This document shows, piece after piece, positions 46,636 to 57,448 of a DNA stretch of 64,000 bases. The stretch is from Candidatus Latescibacterota bacterium (GTDB lineage Bacteria > Latescibacterota > UBA2968). Each line of letters starts with the position of its first letter. Positions within the stretch are counted from its first letter, which is position 1. Made by a program: the position numbers and the translations under genes. Location: the NCBI GenBank assembly GCA_965198115.1, contig OZ240241.1, positions 2,944,001 through 3,008,000 of the forward strand, written 5' to 3'. The notes beneath the pieces were generated by a model. The model saw nothing but the letters and a program-made list of their open reading frames with translations, made no database searches and was not told the DNA's origin.

Positions 46636-49467
46636 CTAGTTCTGTAATGAGCTCTCCGGCATCAACACGAACTGTGCGTAGTTCGTCGTGTCGAAGTACT
46701 GATTCGCTGCCGCCTTCACCGCCTCCATCGTCAACCCGTCGATTTTCTCTTCTGCTCTCAGAATGTTGGTCGGGTCTTCGTCATTGCTGTAGTAGAACCG
46801 GAGCGTGTTCAACCAGTAGCTGTTCTCCTTCAGGTCGGTTTCGCGAGACCGTCGCTGGATCTCCTTGACTTTGTCGATGTAGGTCTGATCCAGACCGACC
46901 TGTTTGAGGCTGTCGATTTGCGTGAACAGGACTTCGCGTAGTTCTTCAGCCCGCTCGGGATCACAACCGAAACCGATCGACAGGGCATAGCCGCCCACTG
47001 GCTCCCGAGTCCGCGAAGCGCCTACGCGAACACCGTATGTCCCGCTCAGATCTTCCCGCAGAACCTCCCTGAGCTTGATGCGAAAGGCACTCGCGACAGC
47101 ATTGAGATCGTATCGGTTCTGCCAGTTCCACTCGAACGGCCCAGTGAAGACCACTCTCGTCGTGCTCTTTGGCTCTATTCCGCGATGAACGGTCTTCTGG
47201 ATCACGCCTTTCGGCGGTCTGACTTTTCGATCGACCCAGATCTCGTCCCGATTCAGCGCCGGAAGTCCTCCCAGGTAGGTTTCGACCAGAGGCCTGATGG
47301 TTTCCGGCTCGAAATTGCCGACGAACAGGAACGTGAAATCGCTCGCATCTGCGAATCGGTCACGGTAGATCTCGAGCGACTTCTGGAGATCGGCCTCGTC
47401 CAGTAGCTCGAGGGTCCAGGGCCTGCTCCGCGGGTGATACTGGGACATCGTTACGCGAATCGTGTCGTTGTAAGCTGTCCGCGGACTCGCGTCCCGATTC
47501 TCGAGCCGACCGCGTGTTCGGGCGACCCACGCGTTGAAAGCCGTGCTGTCCGCTCGGGGTGCCGTAAAACTCAGATAGATCAACTGGAACAACGTCTCCA
47601 GATCTTCCGGTGATGCGCTACCCCGCAATCCCTCCCCCAACGCAGACAGCTGGGGAGACAGCCGGACGACCTTGCCAGCCAGCTTCTTCTGAAGCTGGAC
47701 GAGCGAAAAGGGTCCAATCCCACCCTCACGCAAGACTGTCACAGCCGACGTTGCAGCCACGTGGTCCTCGTCTTCCACGAGAGAAATCCCGCCCGGACTC
47801 CAACCCGTGAACAGGATCTCGTCGTTCTTGAAATCGGTCGGGCGCATCAGGACACGAACACCGTTCGACAGTGTCCACTCTGTGACTTCGATTTGGGGGA
47901 CGGCCGAGGCCGTGACCACGGACCCCGGCGAGGGGGGTGTCTCGACCAGAGGAAGGTCTGTCACGTCGTCCACGTAAGGCTCGACGACACCGGCTTCGAC
48001 CTTCGCGAGAACGGCAAGGAGCTCCGCTTCGCTCGGTACCTTCAGCCCTTCCTTCTCGGGCATCTGAATCGACAGTACGCGGCTGTGATCTTTGATCCAG
48101 GTAGTTGCGATTCCGTTGACCTCCGCGAGCGTGATCGTCGGAATCAGCGTCTGGTAGAGCTCGTATTCCCGCTCGATCCCCGGAATCGGTTCATCCGTCA
48201 GGAAGTTGCGGATGTACTCACTGGCGAACCCGCGGGAACGGCTCTTGTCCCGTTCCCGATAGATCTGCTCGATGCTTCGCAGACTCCGCGCTTTCTGCCG
48301 TATCAGTTCCGACGTGGTGAATCCGTGTTGACTGACACGAGCGGCTTCGGTCAGCAAAGCGTCAAGACCGCGCTCGATGCCGCCTTCACGCACGCCCGCG
48401 CCCAGAAAGTAGACCTCCTTGGATCGGACCCAACGTCCCTGTCCGGAACTGGCGCCCAAAAACGGTGGGTCCTCCTGTCTGGCCAGCTCCTGCAGCCGCT
48501 GGTTCAACATGCCATTGTAGAGCCCCCCCACGAGCGAGCGTCGGTAATCTTCCACCGATTCCTGGGGCTGCAATGGCTGTTTGTAGATGACGGAAACACT
48601 CAACCGGGAAGCTTCGGGATCGGTCACGATGTTGACAATGGTCTCGTCGTGATCGGGAACCGGCCACACCACCCGATCGACGTCGATCTCAGGCCGCTGG
48701 ATAGGTCCGAAATGCCGCTTTATGAGGACCTGAACGCTGTCCACGTCGAAGTCACCGACCGCGACGACCGCCATTAGGTCCGGCCGATACCATTCTGCGT
48801 AGAACTGACGCAAGGTAGCGTGATCGAAGGTTTCGAGTAGTTCCTTCTTGCCGATCGGAAGACGGTCGGCGTATCGGGATCCTCTAAACAGGTCCGGATA
48901 CAGCTTATCGCGCATGCGCTGCCCCGCCCCACGCCTGAGCCGCCATTCTTCGATCACCACACCGCGTTCTTTGTCGACCTCGTCGGTATCGAACGTCAGA
49001 TGCTGCGACCACTCGGATAGAATTTCGAACCCCTTTTCGAACACGGCTGTACTGTCCGTCGGAACCTGCAGCATGTAGACCGTTTCGTCGAAGCTCGTGT
49101 AGGCGTTCACATCCGGCCCGAACCGCATGCCGATCGACTCGAGATAGTCAACGAGCGCCTGTTTCGGGAACCGCCTCGTCCCGTTGAAGGCCATGTGCTC
49201 GGCAAAATGCGCCAGCCCCTGCTGGTCTTCATCCTCCAGGATCGAGCCCGCATTCACGACGAGTCGCAACTCCGCCCGCTGCTCGGGCTTTCCGTTCTCG
49301 CGTATGTAGTAGCGCAGACCGTTGGCCAGCGTGCCGGTATGAATCTTCGGATCGACCGTCAGCGCTACGGGCCCCCCATCGCTCGGCGGCGCTGTCACAG
49401 GTGGTGGCGCCACGGCACACCCGGCGAGGGCTAAAAGCAACAGATGTTTCAGAATACGCATTGACAT
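46636..49467 (-). CDS. M16 family zinc protease (PqqL-like) lipoprotein
   Basis: HxxEH in GLAHFAEHMAF, NAYTSFDET, ERGVVIEE and LSNGVRV. Lipobox LAGC. Confidence 0.92.
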   Translation of the reverse strand: MSMRILKHLLLLALAGCAVAPPPVTAPPSDGGPVALTVDPKIHTGTLANGLRYYIRENGKPEQRAELRLVVNAGSILEDEDQQGLAHFAEHMAFNGTRRFPKQALVDYLESIGMRFGPDVNAYTSFDETVYMLQVPTDSTAVFEKGFEILSEWSQHLTFDTDEVDKERGVVIEEWRLRRGAGQRMRDKLYPDLFRGSRYADRLPIGKKELLETFDHATLRQFYAEWYRPDLMAVVAVGDFDVDSVQVLIKRHFGPIQRPEIDVDRVVWPVPDHDETIVNIVTDPEASRLSVSVIYKQPLQPQESVEDYRRSLVGGLYNGMLNQRLQELARQEDPPFLGASSGQGRWVRSKEVYFLGAGVREGGIERGLDALLTEAARVSQHGFTTSELIRQKARSLRSIEQIYRERDKSRSRGFASEYIRNFLTDEPIPGIEREYELYQTLIPTITLAEVNGIATTWIKDHSRVLSIQMPEKEGLKVPSEAELLAVLAKVEAGVVEPYVDDVTDLPLVETPPSPGSVVTASAVPQIEVTEWTLSNGVRVLMRPTDFKNDEILFTGWSPGGISLVEDEDHVAATSAVTVLREGGIGPFSLVQLQKKLAGKVVRLSPQLSALGEGLRGSASPEDLETLFQLIYLSFTAPRADSTAFNAWVARTRGRLENRDASPRTAYNDTIRVTMSQYHPRSRPWTLELLDEADLQKSLEIYRDRFADASDFTFLFVGNFEPETIRPLVETYLGGLPALNRDEIWVDRKVRPPKGVIQKTVHRGIEPKSTTRVVFTGPFEWNWQNRYDLNAVASAFRIKLREVLREDLSGTYGVRVGASRTREPVGGYALSIGFGCDPERAEELREVLFTQIDSLKQVGLDQTYIDKVKEIQRRSRETDLKENSYWLNTLRFYYSNDEDPTNILRAEEKIDGLTMEAVKAAANQYFDTTNYAQFVLMPESSLQN

Positions 49468-49583
49468 TCCGTGTTCGTTAATCCTGACGTTGCGTCGGGC
49501 GAATACCGACACTTCCACTCCGCTCAGTGTGACGGTTTGCTTACTAAACTTCTCAAGCGCTCTCTCCGTGTTCTCCGTGGTTC

Positions 49584-50915
49584 TCACGCCTCCGGCTGCC
49601 AGACCTCATCCAACGGGCGGTGGGTGAACGCTTTCGCATCGTCGCCCTGGTAGGTCCCGGCGATGTGGCCGTCTCCTTCGATCACATACTTGTAGATCAT
49701 CAGCCCGTCGAGTCCGACCGGTCCGCGGCTGTGCAGACGATTCGTGCTGATGCCGACCTCGGCGCCGAGTCCATACCGAAACCCGTCGGCGAAACGCGTG
49801 GACGCGTTGTGAAGCACCGAGGCCGCGTCGACAGACTGCAGGAATCGCGCCGCCGTCACCCGGTTCTCGGTCACGATCGCATCCGTGTGATGGCTTCCGT
49901 AGGCGTTGATGTGGTCGACGGCCTGGTCGAAATCATCCACGACCCGGACTGCCACGATCGTATCCAGATACTCCGTCACCCAATCCGCTTCGGTCGCCTC
50001 GATCGCGTCGGGAACGATGCCGCGCGTCCTTGCGTCCCCACGAACCTCCACACCGTTGTCATGCAAAGACTTCACGATCGGGGGCAGTGCCCTGTCCGCG
50101 ATCTCGGTGTGCACGAGCAAGGTCTCGACCGCGTTGCACCCGCTCGGGCAGTCGATCTTCGCGTCGAGCGCGATACGAGCCGCCTTCTCGGTGTCCGCCT
50201 CTCTGTCGATGTAGACGTGGCAGATACCGTCCGCGTGGCCCATCACTGGAATCTTGGTGTGGGCCATGATGTGCTGAACGAGCTCGTTGCCGCCCCGCGG
50301 GATGATCAGATCGATACAGTCGTCCATGTCCAGAATCGACTGCACGTCCTCCCGCGCCTCGAGCTGGTGCATCCATCCGTCGGGAATGCCGTCCATCCCT
50401 CGAGTCGCATCGACCAGAATGCGTGACAGCGCCCGGTTCGAATGAAACGCTTCGCTGCCGCCCTTGAGCAGGACGGCGTTCCCCGATTTCAGACAGAGCG
50501 TCGCGATCTGCACGAGCGCATCGGGTCGTGACTCGAAAATGACGCCCAGCACACCGATCGGGACCGAAACGCGGTAGAGCTTCAATCCCTCATCCAGCTC
50601 TCTCGCCGATTCGGTCCGGCCGATCGGGTCCATCTGAGCTTTCACACTCCGGACCCCCAGGGCGATCGTGCTGAGCACCTTGCTCTCCGACAGACGGAGC
50701 CGGTCGACGAGGGCCGCCGACAGCTTGCCTTCGGCCACGGCGGGCTCGGCCGCTTCCAGGTCCCTGCCGTTTGCCTCGAGAATCGCGTCGACGTTGTTCT
50801 CGATGGCCACCGCAATCGCCTCCAGCGCCGCATTTCGTTGCGCCTCCGTCGCCCTGGCCAGCACACGCGAGGCTTCGCGCGCCGCTCTCGCGAGATTTCT
50901 GATGGAATCAGCCAT
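49584..50915 (-). CDS. proA: Gamma-glutamyl phosphate reductase
   Basis: VPIGVLGVIFESRP, KSGNAVLLKGG, IIPRGG, CNAVETLL and NASTRFADGFRYGLGAEVGIST. Confidence 0.96.
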   Translation of the reverse strand: MADSIRNLARAAREASRVLARATEAQRNAALEAIAVAIENNVDAILEANGRDLEAAEPAVAEGKLSAALVDRLRLSESKVLSTIALGVRSVKAQMDPIGRTESARELDEGLKLYRVSVPIGVLGVIFESRPDALVQIATLCLKSGNAVLLKGGSEAFHSNRALSRILVDATRGMDGIPDGWMHQLEAREDVQSILDMDDCIDLIIPRGGNELVQHIMAHTKIPVMGHADGICHVYIDREADTEKAARIALDAKIDCPSGCNAVETLLVHTEIADRALPPIVKSLHDNGVEVRGDARTRGIVPDAIEATEADWVTEYLDTIVAVRVVDDFDQAVDHINAYGSHHTDAIVTENRVTAARFLQSVDAASVLHNASTRFADGFRYGLGAEVGISTNRLHSRGPVGLDGLMIYKYVIEGDGHIAGTYQGDDAKAFTHRPLDEVWQPEA

Positions 50916-50953
50916 GGATAGGTCCCAACTTGTGATGTCCGGTCTTCAACGCT

Positions 50954-51988
50954 CTACGCGCCGAGTCTTTTCTTCAACGCCTGAAGGATATCCCACGTGG
51001 TGTCTGCCAGAGGTACCCCATTGGCCAGGCGTTCTTCGCGCGTTCGGTGGGATCGCTCCCCCGGCAGGAAAATCTCTTCCACATCGGGCATCTTGCGACT
51101 GCTCTTGATGTAGTCGATGAATTTACCCACCTCTTTCTTGAAGGCTTCGACCGGTTGGAAGGCCCCGATGTCGATCGCTTGCACGAAAAGGGCGTTCCCT
51201 ATCTCGGGTGGATCGGCTTCGGTACATCCCGCGGGCGACAGCGCACCGGACAGGACGTCGAGCGCGATGCCCAGCGCCGACCCCTTGTGCGCGACGGGCC
51301 CGCCAAAGGGGACGAGCGCTCCGCCGCGTTCGAGATAATCAAGTGGATCGTTCGACGGGTTCCCGTCGGCGTCCACCTGCCAGCCATCCGGAAGCTGGTC
51401 ACCCAGAGCCGCCACGACACGCAGCTTACCGCCAGCCGCCACTGCATTCGTGAGATCGACCGCCACGTGGAAGTCCCGATCCGTCGGAAAGGCGGTCGCC
51501 AGACAGGCCGCGGGCAGAATCCGTCCGATTCCCCCCCAAGGCGCGAGCGAGTGATCGCCTCCGTGACCGTTGTTGGTCACCATGCCGACCATGTCTGCGT
51601 CTGCTGCGATCGGGGGAAACGCGCCCGTTCTTCCGATATGGTTGCACCGGTGCACAGTCACGATCCCTACGGATGCGGTGCGCGCCTTTTCGATGGCCAG
51701 GTTCATCGCGTCCACGGCCGTCACGTGCCCGAAGCCCCAGTTCCCGTTCATCACCGCTGTCGCAGCCGTCTCTCGTTCGACCACAGACTTCGTGCCCAAC
51801 CGGATTTTCCCGTCCTCGACCGCCGTCGCATACTGCGCGCATCGAAGCACCCCGTGCGAGTCGTGACCGGCAAGGTTGGAGGACACGAGCAAGTCGGCCA
51901 CCGTCTCGGCTTCACGTTCGCTCGCGCCAATAGCCTCGTAAATGGACTGTGCTAATGCTTTCAACTCGTCAGCAGGAACGGTCGGCAC
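50954..51988 (-). CDS. Ldh_2 (malate/L-lactate/sulfolactate dehydrogenase-like) oxidoreductase
   Basis: LAGHDSHGV, NHIGR, HKGSALG and LPGE. Confidence 0.88.
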   Translation of the reverse strand: MPTVPADELKALAQSIYEAIGASEREAETVADLLVSSNLAGHDSHGVLRCAQYATAVEDGKIRLGTKSVVERETAATAVMNGNWGFGHVTAVDAMNLAIEKARTASVGIVTVHRCNHIGRTGAFPPIAADADMVGMVTNNGHGGDHSLAPWGGIGRILPAACLATAFPTDRDFHVAVDLTNAVAAGGKLRVVAALGDQLPDGWQVDADGNPSNDPLDYLERGGALVPFGGPVAHKGSALGIALDVLSGALSPAGCTEADPPEIGNALFVQAIDIGAFQPVEAFKKEVGKFIDYIKSSRKMPDVEEIFLPGERSHRTREERLANGVPLADTTWDILQALKKRLGA

Positions 51989-52114
51989 GGTTTCGCCTCA
52001 TCTGATGGATGATCGGGTTGGGCGGGAACAGCGCCCTCGTGCAGAGCCCTTGGACCTCGCTCAGGCAGGTTCCGGGCGAGCGTGCGCTTCCGTGCTCTGC
52101 AGGGACGCCTTGGG

Positions 52115-53959
52115 TTAGGACCCGTAGGCCCTATTGATCAGGTCTTCGTATCGGGACGCGATCGCCTTGGGAACCACTTTTTTCAGACCGCGCGTCAACG
52201 TACCGGTTTCCTCGCTCAGGGAATCCGGCAACACCACGACGCGCTGCGGTCGCTCGTGGCCCGGGAGCCCGGCACGCGTCGCCTCGGACAGGAAGGCGTC
52301 TCGAACGTAGTCGGCCACCGAAGGGTGCAGCCGAACCGCGTCGTCATCCTCGGGCAGATCGTCCAGCTCGGCGGTCGCGCGAAGCTCTTCGACGTTGACG
52401 TTCACGAGCGGCAGGGGGAAATCCCGCTGCTGGTCGCCCACGACGACCACGTGATCCACGATCGGAACGGCGCTGTAGACGCGCTCGAGCAATTCGGGGT
52501 TCACGAACTCTCCGTTGCGGAGTTTGAACTGCCGTCCCAGTCGTCCCGCGAAGGAGAGGAAGCCTTCGTCATCGATCGAAAACAGATCGCCCGTCCGATA
52601 CCAACGCTTCCCTTCATCGTCGTCGACGATCGCCGCGGCTGTTTGATCGGGGTCGTCCAGATATTCACGCATCACGTGTGTACCGTGAACCCACAGCTCA
52701 CCCGGCTTGCCTTCGCTCGAGCGATACGTTCCGGTCAGGGGATCGCCGTGACCGATCGTCTCCCCGTTCTGGGTCACGACTTTCACTTCCTGCAGGGGCC
52801 GTCCGACTGAGCCCGTTCGCTGACCCGTCAGACTGTTGGCGGCGATCAGCGGCGCGCATTCGGTCACGCCATATCCCTCGAACGAAGTGATGTCCAACAC
52901 GTCCTGAAAGAAATCCATCGCGTCGGGATCCGCCTTGGCCCCCCCGACGACGAGAAGCTTCAATCGGCTCCCGACACGGCTGGCCAACTGTTCGCGAATA
53001 TGACCGACGACCTTTTTTCCGATCGTCTTGTAGACGAACCAATCGGCCGGCGAGCCTTCCTTTCGAGCCAGCTTCTGCTTGGCTCTCACCGACCGCGACA
53101 CGAGCTTGCCACGTGCCCCACCGGCGTCGATGGCCTTTCGAACATTGCCATACACCTTATCCAGAATCAGCGGGACCGCCAGAAAGCCCTCCGGTTCGGA
53201 ATGACGGATGTCGATCAGCACACGATCGGGGGACCGAGCAAGATCCAGGCACCATCCTTTGGCAAGCGGGTAGTAGATGTTCAGAATCCCCATCGTATGG
53301 TAATCTGGCGCCGATTTGAAAAACACCAGGTCGTCGTGGCTGATCCTATCCCAGATAGAAAGACAGTTGTCCAGGATGTTGCGGTGCGTCTGGACCACAC
53401 CCTTCGGCATACCCGACGATCCCGACGTGAACACGACTTTCGATTCGTCTTCCGGGTCGAGCCCCACATCGGGCACGTCGCCCGCCTTCTTGATCAGATC
53501 GAAGAAGGGGGTGGCATTGGCGTGCTGACCCTCGGTCACGACCAGCTGAGGTGGCGATTCAAGCTGGTCCGAAAGACGTTCGATCTGTTCGATGCTTCTC
53601 GGGTCGACGAACAGCAAGGCAGGACGCGCCAGGTTGAGCTCGTGAGCCAACACCCCGTCCGGCAGCTTGTTGCAGAGCGGCACGCTCGACAGACCCAGGG
53701 CATCGCACGCCAGGAAGATCAGGATGGGCTCAAGCCCTCCGTCGGTCAGGATCCCGACCCGTGCACCCTTCTCGAGACCCAGTGCGGCAAGACCCACGAC
53801 GAGACGGTTCCGTTGCTCGCCCAGCTGTCGATACGACATCGGGACGTAACGCAGCCCCCGGTCACCCTTCTGGTCCGACTGACGGAGCACCCGGATCGCC
53901 GTACGATCGCCGTTCCTTTCAAAAGCCTCGTCCAACAGCGTCTTGAGATTATCCGCCAT
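52115..53959 (-). CDS. AMP-dependent long-chain acyl-CoA synthetase
   Basis: FTSGSSGMPKGV, EGYGVTE, WYRTGDL and KLRNGEFVNP. Confidence 0.88.
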   Translation of the reverse strand: MADNLKTLLDEAFERNGDRTAIRVLRQSDQKGDRGLRYVPMSYRQLGEQRNRLVVGLAALGLEKGARVGILTDGGLEPILIFLACDALGLSSVPLCNKLPDGVLAHELNLARPALLFVDPRSIEQIERLSDQLESPPQLVVTEGQHANATPFFDLIKKAGDVPDVGLDPEDESKVVFTSGSSGMPKGVVQTHRNILDNCLSIWDRISHDDLVFFKSAPDYHTMGILNIYYPLAKGWCLDLARSPDRVLIDIRHSEPEGFLAVPLILDKVYGNVRKAIDAGGARGKLVSRSVRAKQKLARKEGSPADWFVYKTIGKKVVGHIREQLASRVGSRLKLLVVGGAKADPDAMDFFQDVLDITSFEGYGVTECAPLIAANSLTGQRTGSVGRPLQEVKVVTQNGETIGHGDPLTGTYRSSEGKPGELWVHGTHVMREYLDDPDQTAAAIVDDDEGKRWYRTGDLFSIDDEGFLSFAGRLGRQFKLRNGEFVNPELLERVYSAVPIVDHVVVVGDQQRDFPLPLVNVNVEELRATAELDDLPEDDDAVRLHPSVADYVRDAFLSEATRAGLPGHERPQRVVVLPDSLSEETGTLTRGLKKVVPKAIASRYEDLINRAYGS

Positions 53960-54094
53960 CTACGAATCTATCCGATCGACTGTATGATCACAAGTAATTA
54001 TTTTTAATTGATTTACAACGAAAATAATCACGAAAAATCGAGATGGATCCTCGTCCCGACTTTTCGTGATCGCAACAGGCCTCGATTCCTCGGG

Positions 54095-54688
54095 CTAGGG
54101 ATTCAGCGCGCCCGTCGCCACGGCCTCTTCGACCATCTCCTGCGCCTTTTTCCAAAGCGCTGGGGCCCCTTCCTCGATATGTCGGTTCCGTGCGATCACC
54201 TGATCGCGCCGAATACCGTGTTTCAGCCAGCCTTTGCCGCCGGTCAGGAAATTGTGAAGCATCGGTTGGAAGCGGTCGAGCGCGGCTGCATATCGCGAAT
54301 CTGGTGTCGCACGGGTCTCGAACTCTCGCCAGAGCGTCATCACTTCATCCGACTGGTCGGAAGGAAGGAGGTTGAAAATCCGATCGGCCGCTTTCTGCTC
54401 GCGGTCGGCTTTGTCTGCGTGACCGGCGTCATCGTAGGCGAACGTATCGCCTGCGTCGATCTCGACGAGATCGTGGATCAGGAGCATCTTGACCACCCTC
54501 AGGAGATCGATCGGTTCGGCTGCGTATTCTTGCAGCAGAATCGCCATCAGGGCGATGTGCCACGAGTGCTCCGCGTCGTTCTCGCGTCTTGCGCCATCGA
54601 GCACGTAGGTCTGGCGAATGATCCCCTTGACCTTGTCGATTTCCGCGATGAAGGAGATCTGCGCGGACAGACGATCGCGCTCAACCAC
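54095..54688 (-). CDS. HD domain hydrolase (5'-deoxynucleotidase-like)
   Basis: ENDAEHSWH and LIHDLVEIDAGD. Confidence 0.88.
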   Translation of the reverse strand: MVERDRLSAQISFIAEIDKVKGIIRQTYVLDGARRENDAEHSWHIALMAILLQEYAAEPIDLLRVVKMLLIHDLVEIDAGDTFAYDDAGHADKADREQKAADRIFNLLPSDQSDEVMTLWREFETRATPDSRYAAALDRFQPMLHNFLTGGKGWLKHGIRRDQVIARNRHIEEGAPALWKKAQEMVEEAVATGALNP

Positions 54689-55688
54689 TCGACTGAGGCC
54701 TGAACCGCATCACGCCCGAAAGAGACTCACCCGGCGCAAGGACCGTCATGCCCCCCTCCACTCCCCTGGAGGCGAGGTTGAACGCGTCCGTCGTGCACGT
54801 GTAGGGCTCGAAGCAAACGACCGGTCTCGTGTCCGGCGCATAGAAGACCCATTCCCGAAACCCGCCATCCGCCTCGACGTCGATCTGAACGCCCGCTCCA
54901 GCATCGTCGAAACGACACCGGCTCCACCCATCCGTGTTGACGGTAACGTCCGTCCACACATCGTCGTAGTAGCGATCACCCAGAGACGTCGGCTCACGCA
55001 CGTCGTAGGTTCCTTCGACCGCGAGCACCTCGCCGGTCGGAATGCAGTCTTCGCGTAAAACCCAGTGACCCGACGCCGGCACTTGCGCGGTACACTTCCC
55101 ACGGTCACCGCCCTCCTCGAGAGGCAACCCGAAGTAAGGGTGGAACCCCAAACCACACGGCATCGCGCTGTTACCGACGTTCGTCCCCTCGAATTCGACC
55201 GACAGCCGTCCCTCCTCGAGACGATAGGTGCACGTTGCCTCGAACGGATAGGGCCATTGTCTTTCAATCTCCTCGAATTCGGATGAGCGAAAGCGGCCGG
55301 TCAGCCAGGCCCCGTTGTCGTTCCCAGAGTCGACAACCTCCCACGGGCGGCTGAGCACGAATCCGTGCAGCGGGTGAGCGACGCTTTCCGGCGTTTCGAG
55401 ATTCACCGTGCGACCCTCGAACACGAAACACCCGTTCTCGATCCGGTTCGGCCACGGGTAGAGGATCGGGATGCCGTATCCGCTGGGTCTTCCCTGCAAC
55501 GTCTCCGGATCCGGCGGTGCGTGGAACAGCTCGACTTCCCGATCGGCCACGCGCATCCGATAACTCACACAGTTATTCCCGACCGAAGGCAGCACACGAG
55601 CCGCCTGACCGGCCCGTTCGTCGTTCAATACATAGAGGACGTGACCCTGGAAATCCTCTTGTCCGACGCGATAGCGCTCCTTATCCAA
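54681..55688 (-). CDS. Aldose 1-epimerase family protein
   Basis: GIPILYPWPNRI, LHGF, LGFHPYF and VCFEPYT. TTG start near 55688. Confidence 0.88.
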   Translation of the reverse strand: MDKERYRVGQEDFQGHVLYVLNDERAGQAARVLPSVGNNCVSYRMRVADREVELFHAPPDPETLQGRPSGYGIPILYPWPNRIENGCFVFEGRTVNLETPESVAHPLHGFVLSRPWEVVDSGNDNGAWLTGRFRSSEFEEIERQWPYPFEATCTYRLEEGRLSVEFEGTNVGNSAMPCGLGFHPYFGLPLEEGGDRGKCTAQVPASGHWVLREDCIPTGEVLAVEGTYDVREPTSLGDRYYDDVWTDVTVNTDGWSRCRFDDAGAGVQIDVEADGGFREWVFYAPDTRPVVCFEPYTCTTDAFNLASRGVEGGMTVLAPGESLSGVMRFRPQSSG

Positions 55689-55705
55689 TGCTCGATCCTC
55701 GATCG

Positions 55706-56488
55706 TCAATTCTCGATGTTGTCCAGCCAGCGCTCGCCCGCCATGAACGCACCATCGACATAGATCAGCTGCCCCGTCACGTAGTCGGACGCCTCGGAAG
55801 CCAGGAACACGGCCGTCCCGGCCAGATCCTTGGGTACTCCGAGCCGGCCGTTGGCGCAGCGCGCTTCGCCCCAGGTCCGCATCGACGGATTCGACCACAG
55901 CTTCTCCGTCAGTGGCGTCAGGATGAATCCAGGGCAGATCGCGTTCACCTGGATCTCCGGCGCCAGCTCGACCGCGTGGACTTTCGTCAGCTGTCCGACG
56001 GCGCCCTTCGTCCCCGTGTAGACCGAAACACCGGCCAACCCGACGCCTGTCGTCAGCGACCCGATGTTGATGATCTTGCCGCGTCCACGAGGACGCATGT
56101 GCTTCGCCGCGACCTGGGTCATGAAAAACAGACCCTTCTGATTCACCGCAGAGATCTGGTCGTAGTGGTCTTCGGTCACCTCTTCGAGGGGCTCGCGAAT
56201 GTTCATCCCCGCGTTGTTGACCAGAATGTCCAGCTGTCCGAACGTTTCGATCGTCTCGTCGACGCTTGCCTGGATCGATCCCATGTCTGTCATGTCGAGC
56301 GTCACTGCCGCGGCTTCGCCACCCTTGTCTCGAATGGCCTCCGCCGTTTCCTTCGTCTCCGTCTCCGTGCGCGCAGCCACGACGACCTTCGCGCCGTGGT
56401 CGGCAAGACCTTCGGCAATCCCACGCCCGATCCCTCGGCCACCACCCGTCACCAGGGCGACGCGGCCTTCCAGATTGAAAAGACTCAT
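55706..56488 (-). CDS. SDR family oxidoreductase (gluconate 5-dehydrogenase/KduD-like)
   Basis: TGGGRGIG, LVNNAG, YTGTK and VNAICPG. Confidence 0.9.
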   Translation of the reverse strand: MSLFNLEGRVALVTGGGRGIGRGIAEGLADHGAKVVVAARTETETKETAEAIRDKGGEAAAVTLDMTDMGSIQASVDETIETFGQLDILVNNAGMNIREPLEEVTEDHYDQISAVNQKGLFFMTQVAAKHMRPRGRGKIINIGSLTTGVGLAGVSVYTGTKGAVGQLTKVHAVELAPEIQVNAICPGFILTPLTEKLWSNPSMRTWGEARCANGRLGVPKDLAGTAVFLASEASDYVTGQLIYVDGAFMAGERWLDNIEN

Positions 56489-56606
56489 GAGTTCCTCACT
56501 GTCGGTAAGTGCTTGTTTTTTGCGCGCGCCAATATAAAAGATTCGCCCCCCGGGAACAATGTCCACCGGAGGGCGATAGCCGGTATCGGCCGAGTAAAGG
56601 CAGTAC

Positions 56607-57215
56607 TTATCGAAAGAACACGGAGAAGCCGGCCGTGATCACGTGACGGTTCCAACGTTGGCCATCGGCGAACAACGAGACGAACGAATACTGTGTGTTG
56701 ACCGACATCGTCCGGCTCACGAATCGTCTGAACCCGACACCGGCACCGACTTCATTCAGATCGCCCCAGCCGAAATCTCTTCCTCCGAAAACCTCGAGAT
56801 ACGGAAAGGTGCGCTTCTCGATCTGGAAGGGCACGTTGTAACGATAAAATGCCGTCAGCGACGAGCCAAACCCCTGATCGACCGACAACCGCACCGAGTT
56901 CGTCGTCAGAGGGGACCCGACGACCACCTGACGCCGATTCGTACGGTCGTAGAGCCGATTGCCCATCACGAACGACCCACCCAGTTGATGCGTTCGTGTG
57001 ATCGCATACCCGAGCGCGACACCCACCTGGTAGACGGCCGATCCGCCCGACAGCCGCATGGACATGATCGGATTGATCTCCAGATGACCCGCGCGGATTT
57101 GCCCGATCGGCGAGAGATCGATCTCGCCCTCGCTCTCTTCGTCGATGATCACCTGACCGGCTGCGGGCGCAGTCAACAACGTGATGCCGATCAGAAACGG
57201 AAGCCATCTTTTCAT
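56607..57215 (-). CDS. Putative outer-membrane beta-barrel protein
   Basis: Signal peptide, amphipathic strands and C-terminal AGFSVFFR. Confidence 0.65.
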   Translation of the reverse strand: MKRWLPFLIGITLLTAPAAGQVIIDEESEGEIDLSPIGQIRAGHLEINPIMSMRLSGGSAVYQVGVALGYAITRTHQLGGSFVMGNRLYDRTNRRQVVVGSPLTTNSVRLSVDQGFGSSLTAFYRYNVPFQIEKRTFPYLEVFGGRDFGWGDLNEVGAGVGFRRFVSRTMSVNTQYSFVSLFADGQRWNRHVITAGFSVFFR

Positions 57216-57321
57216 AACGCATCTCCTGACGAATCCGGCGTGGAGAATGGAAAAGCCCTCGATGTTAGACGCTTCTTTGACCGCTCGGTTCCGGCCAGGA
57301 CCACTGAATCACTCACCTGCG

Positions 57322-57369
57322 TGGGGCTTTAGCCCCACGCCAAGGCCGCGAAGCCCGCTGAAGCGGGCT
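57322..57369. repeat. REP-like palindromes
   Basis: TGGGGCTTTAGCCCCA and AGCCCGCTGAAGCGGGCT. Confidence 0.55.
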
Positions 57370-57448
57370 GGTGGTCAAGGACCTGTCGACGGGGCTTCCC
57401 GCTCGTCACACTCAGTTTCCTCTGTGTTCTCAGTGGCGCCTTTTGGTC

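Noticed and set aside
53985-54040. AT-rich tract as foreign DNA or an origin
   Set aside because: It is short and directly upstream of the acyl-CoA synthetase gene, so most simply an ordinary promoter region. No DnaA boxes or iterons were seen.
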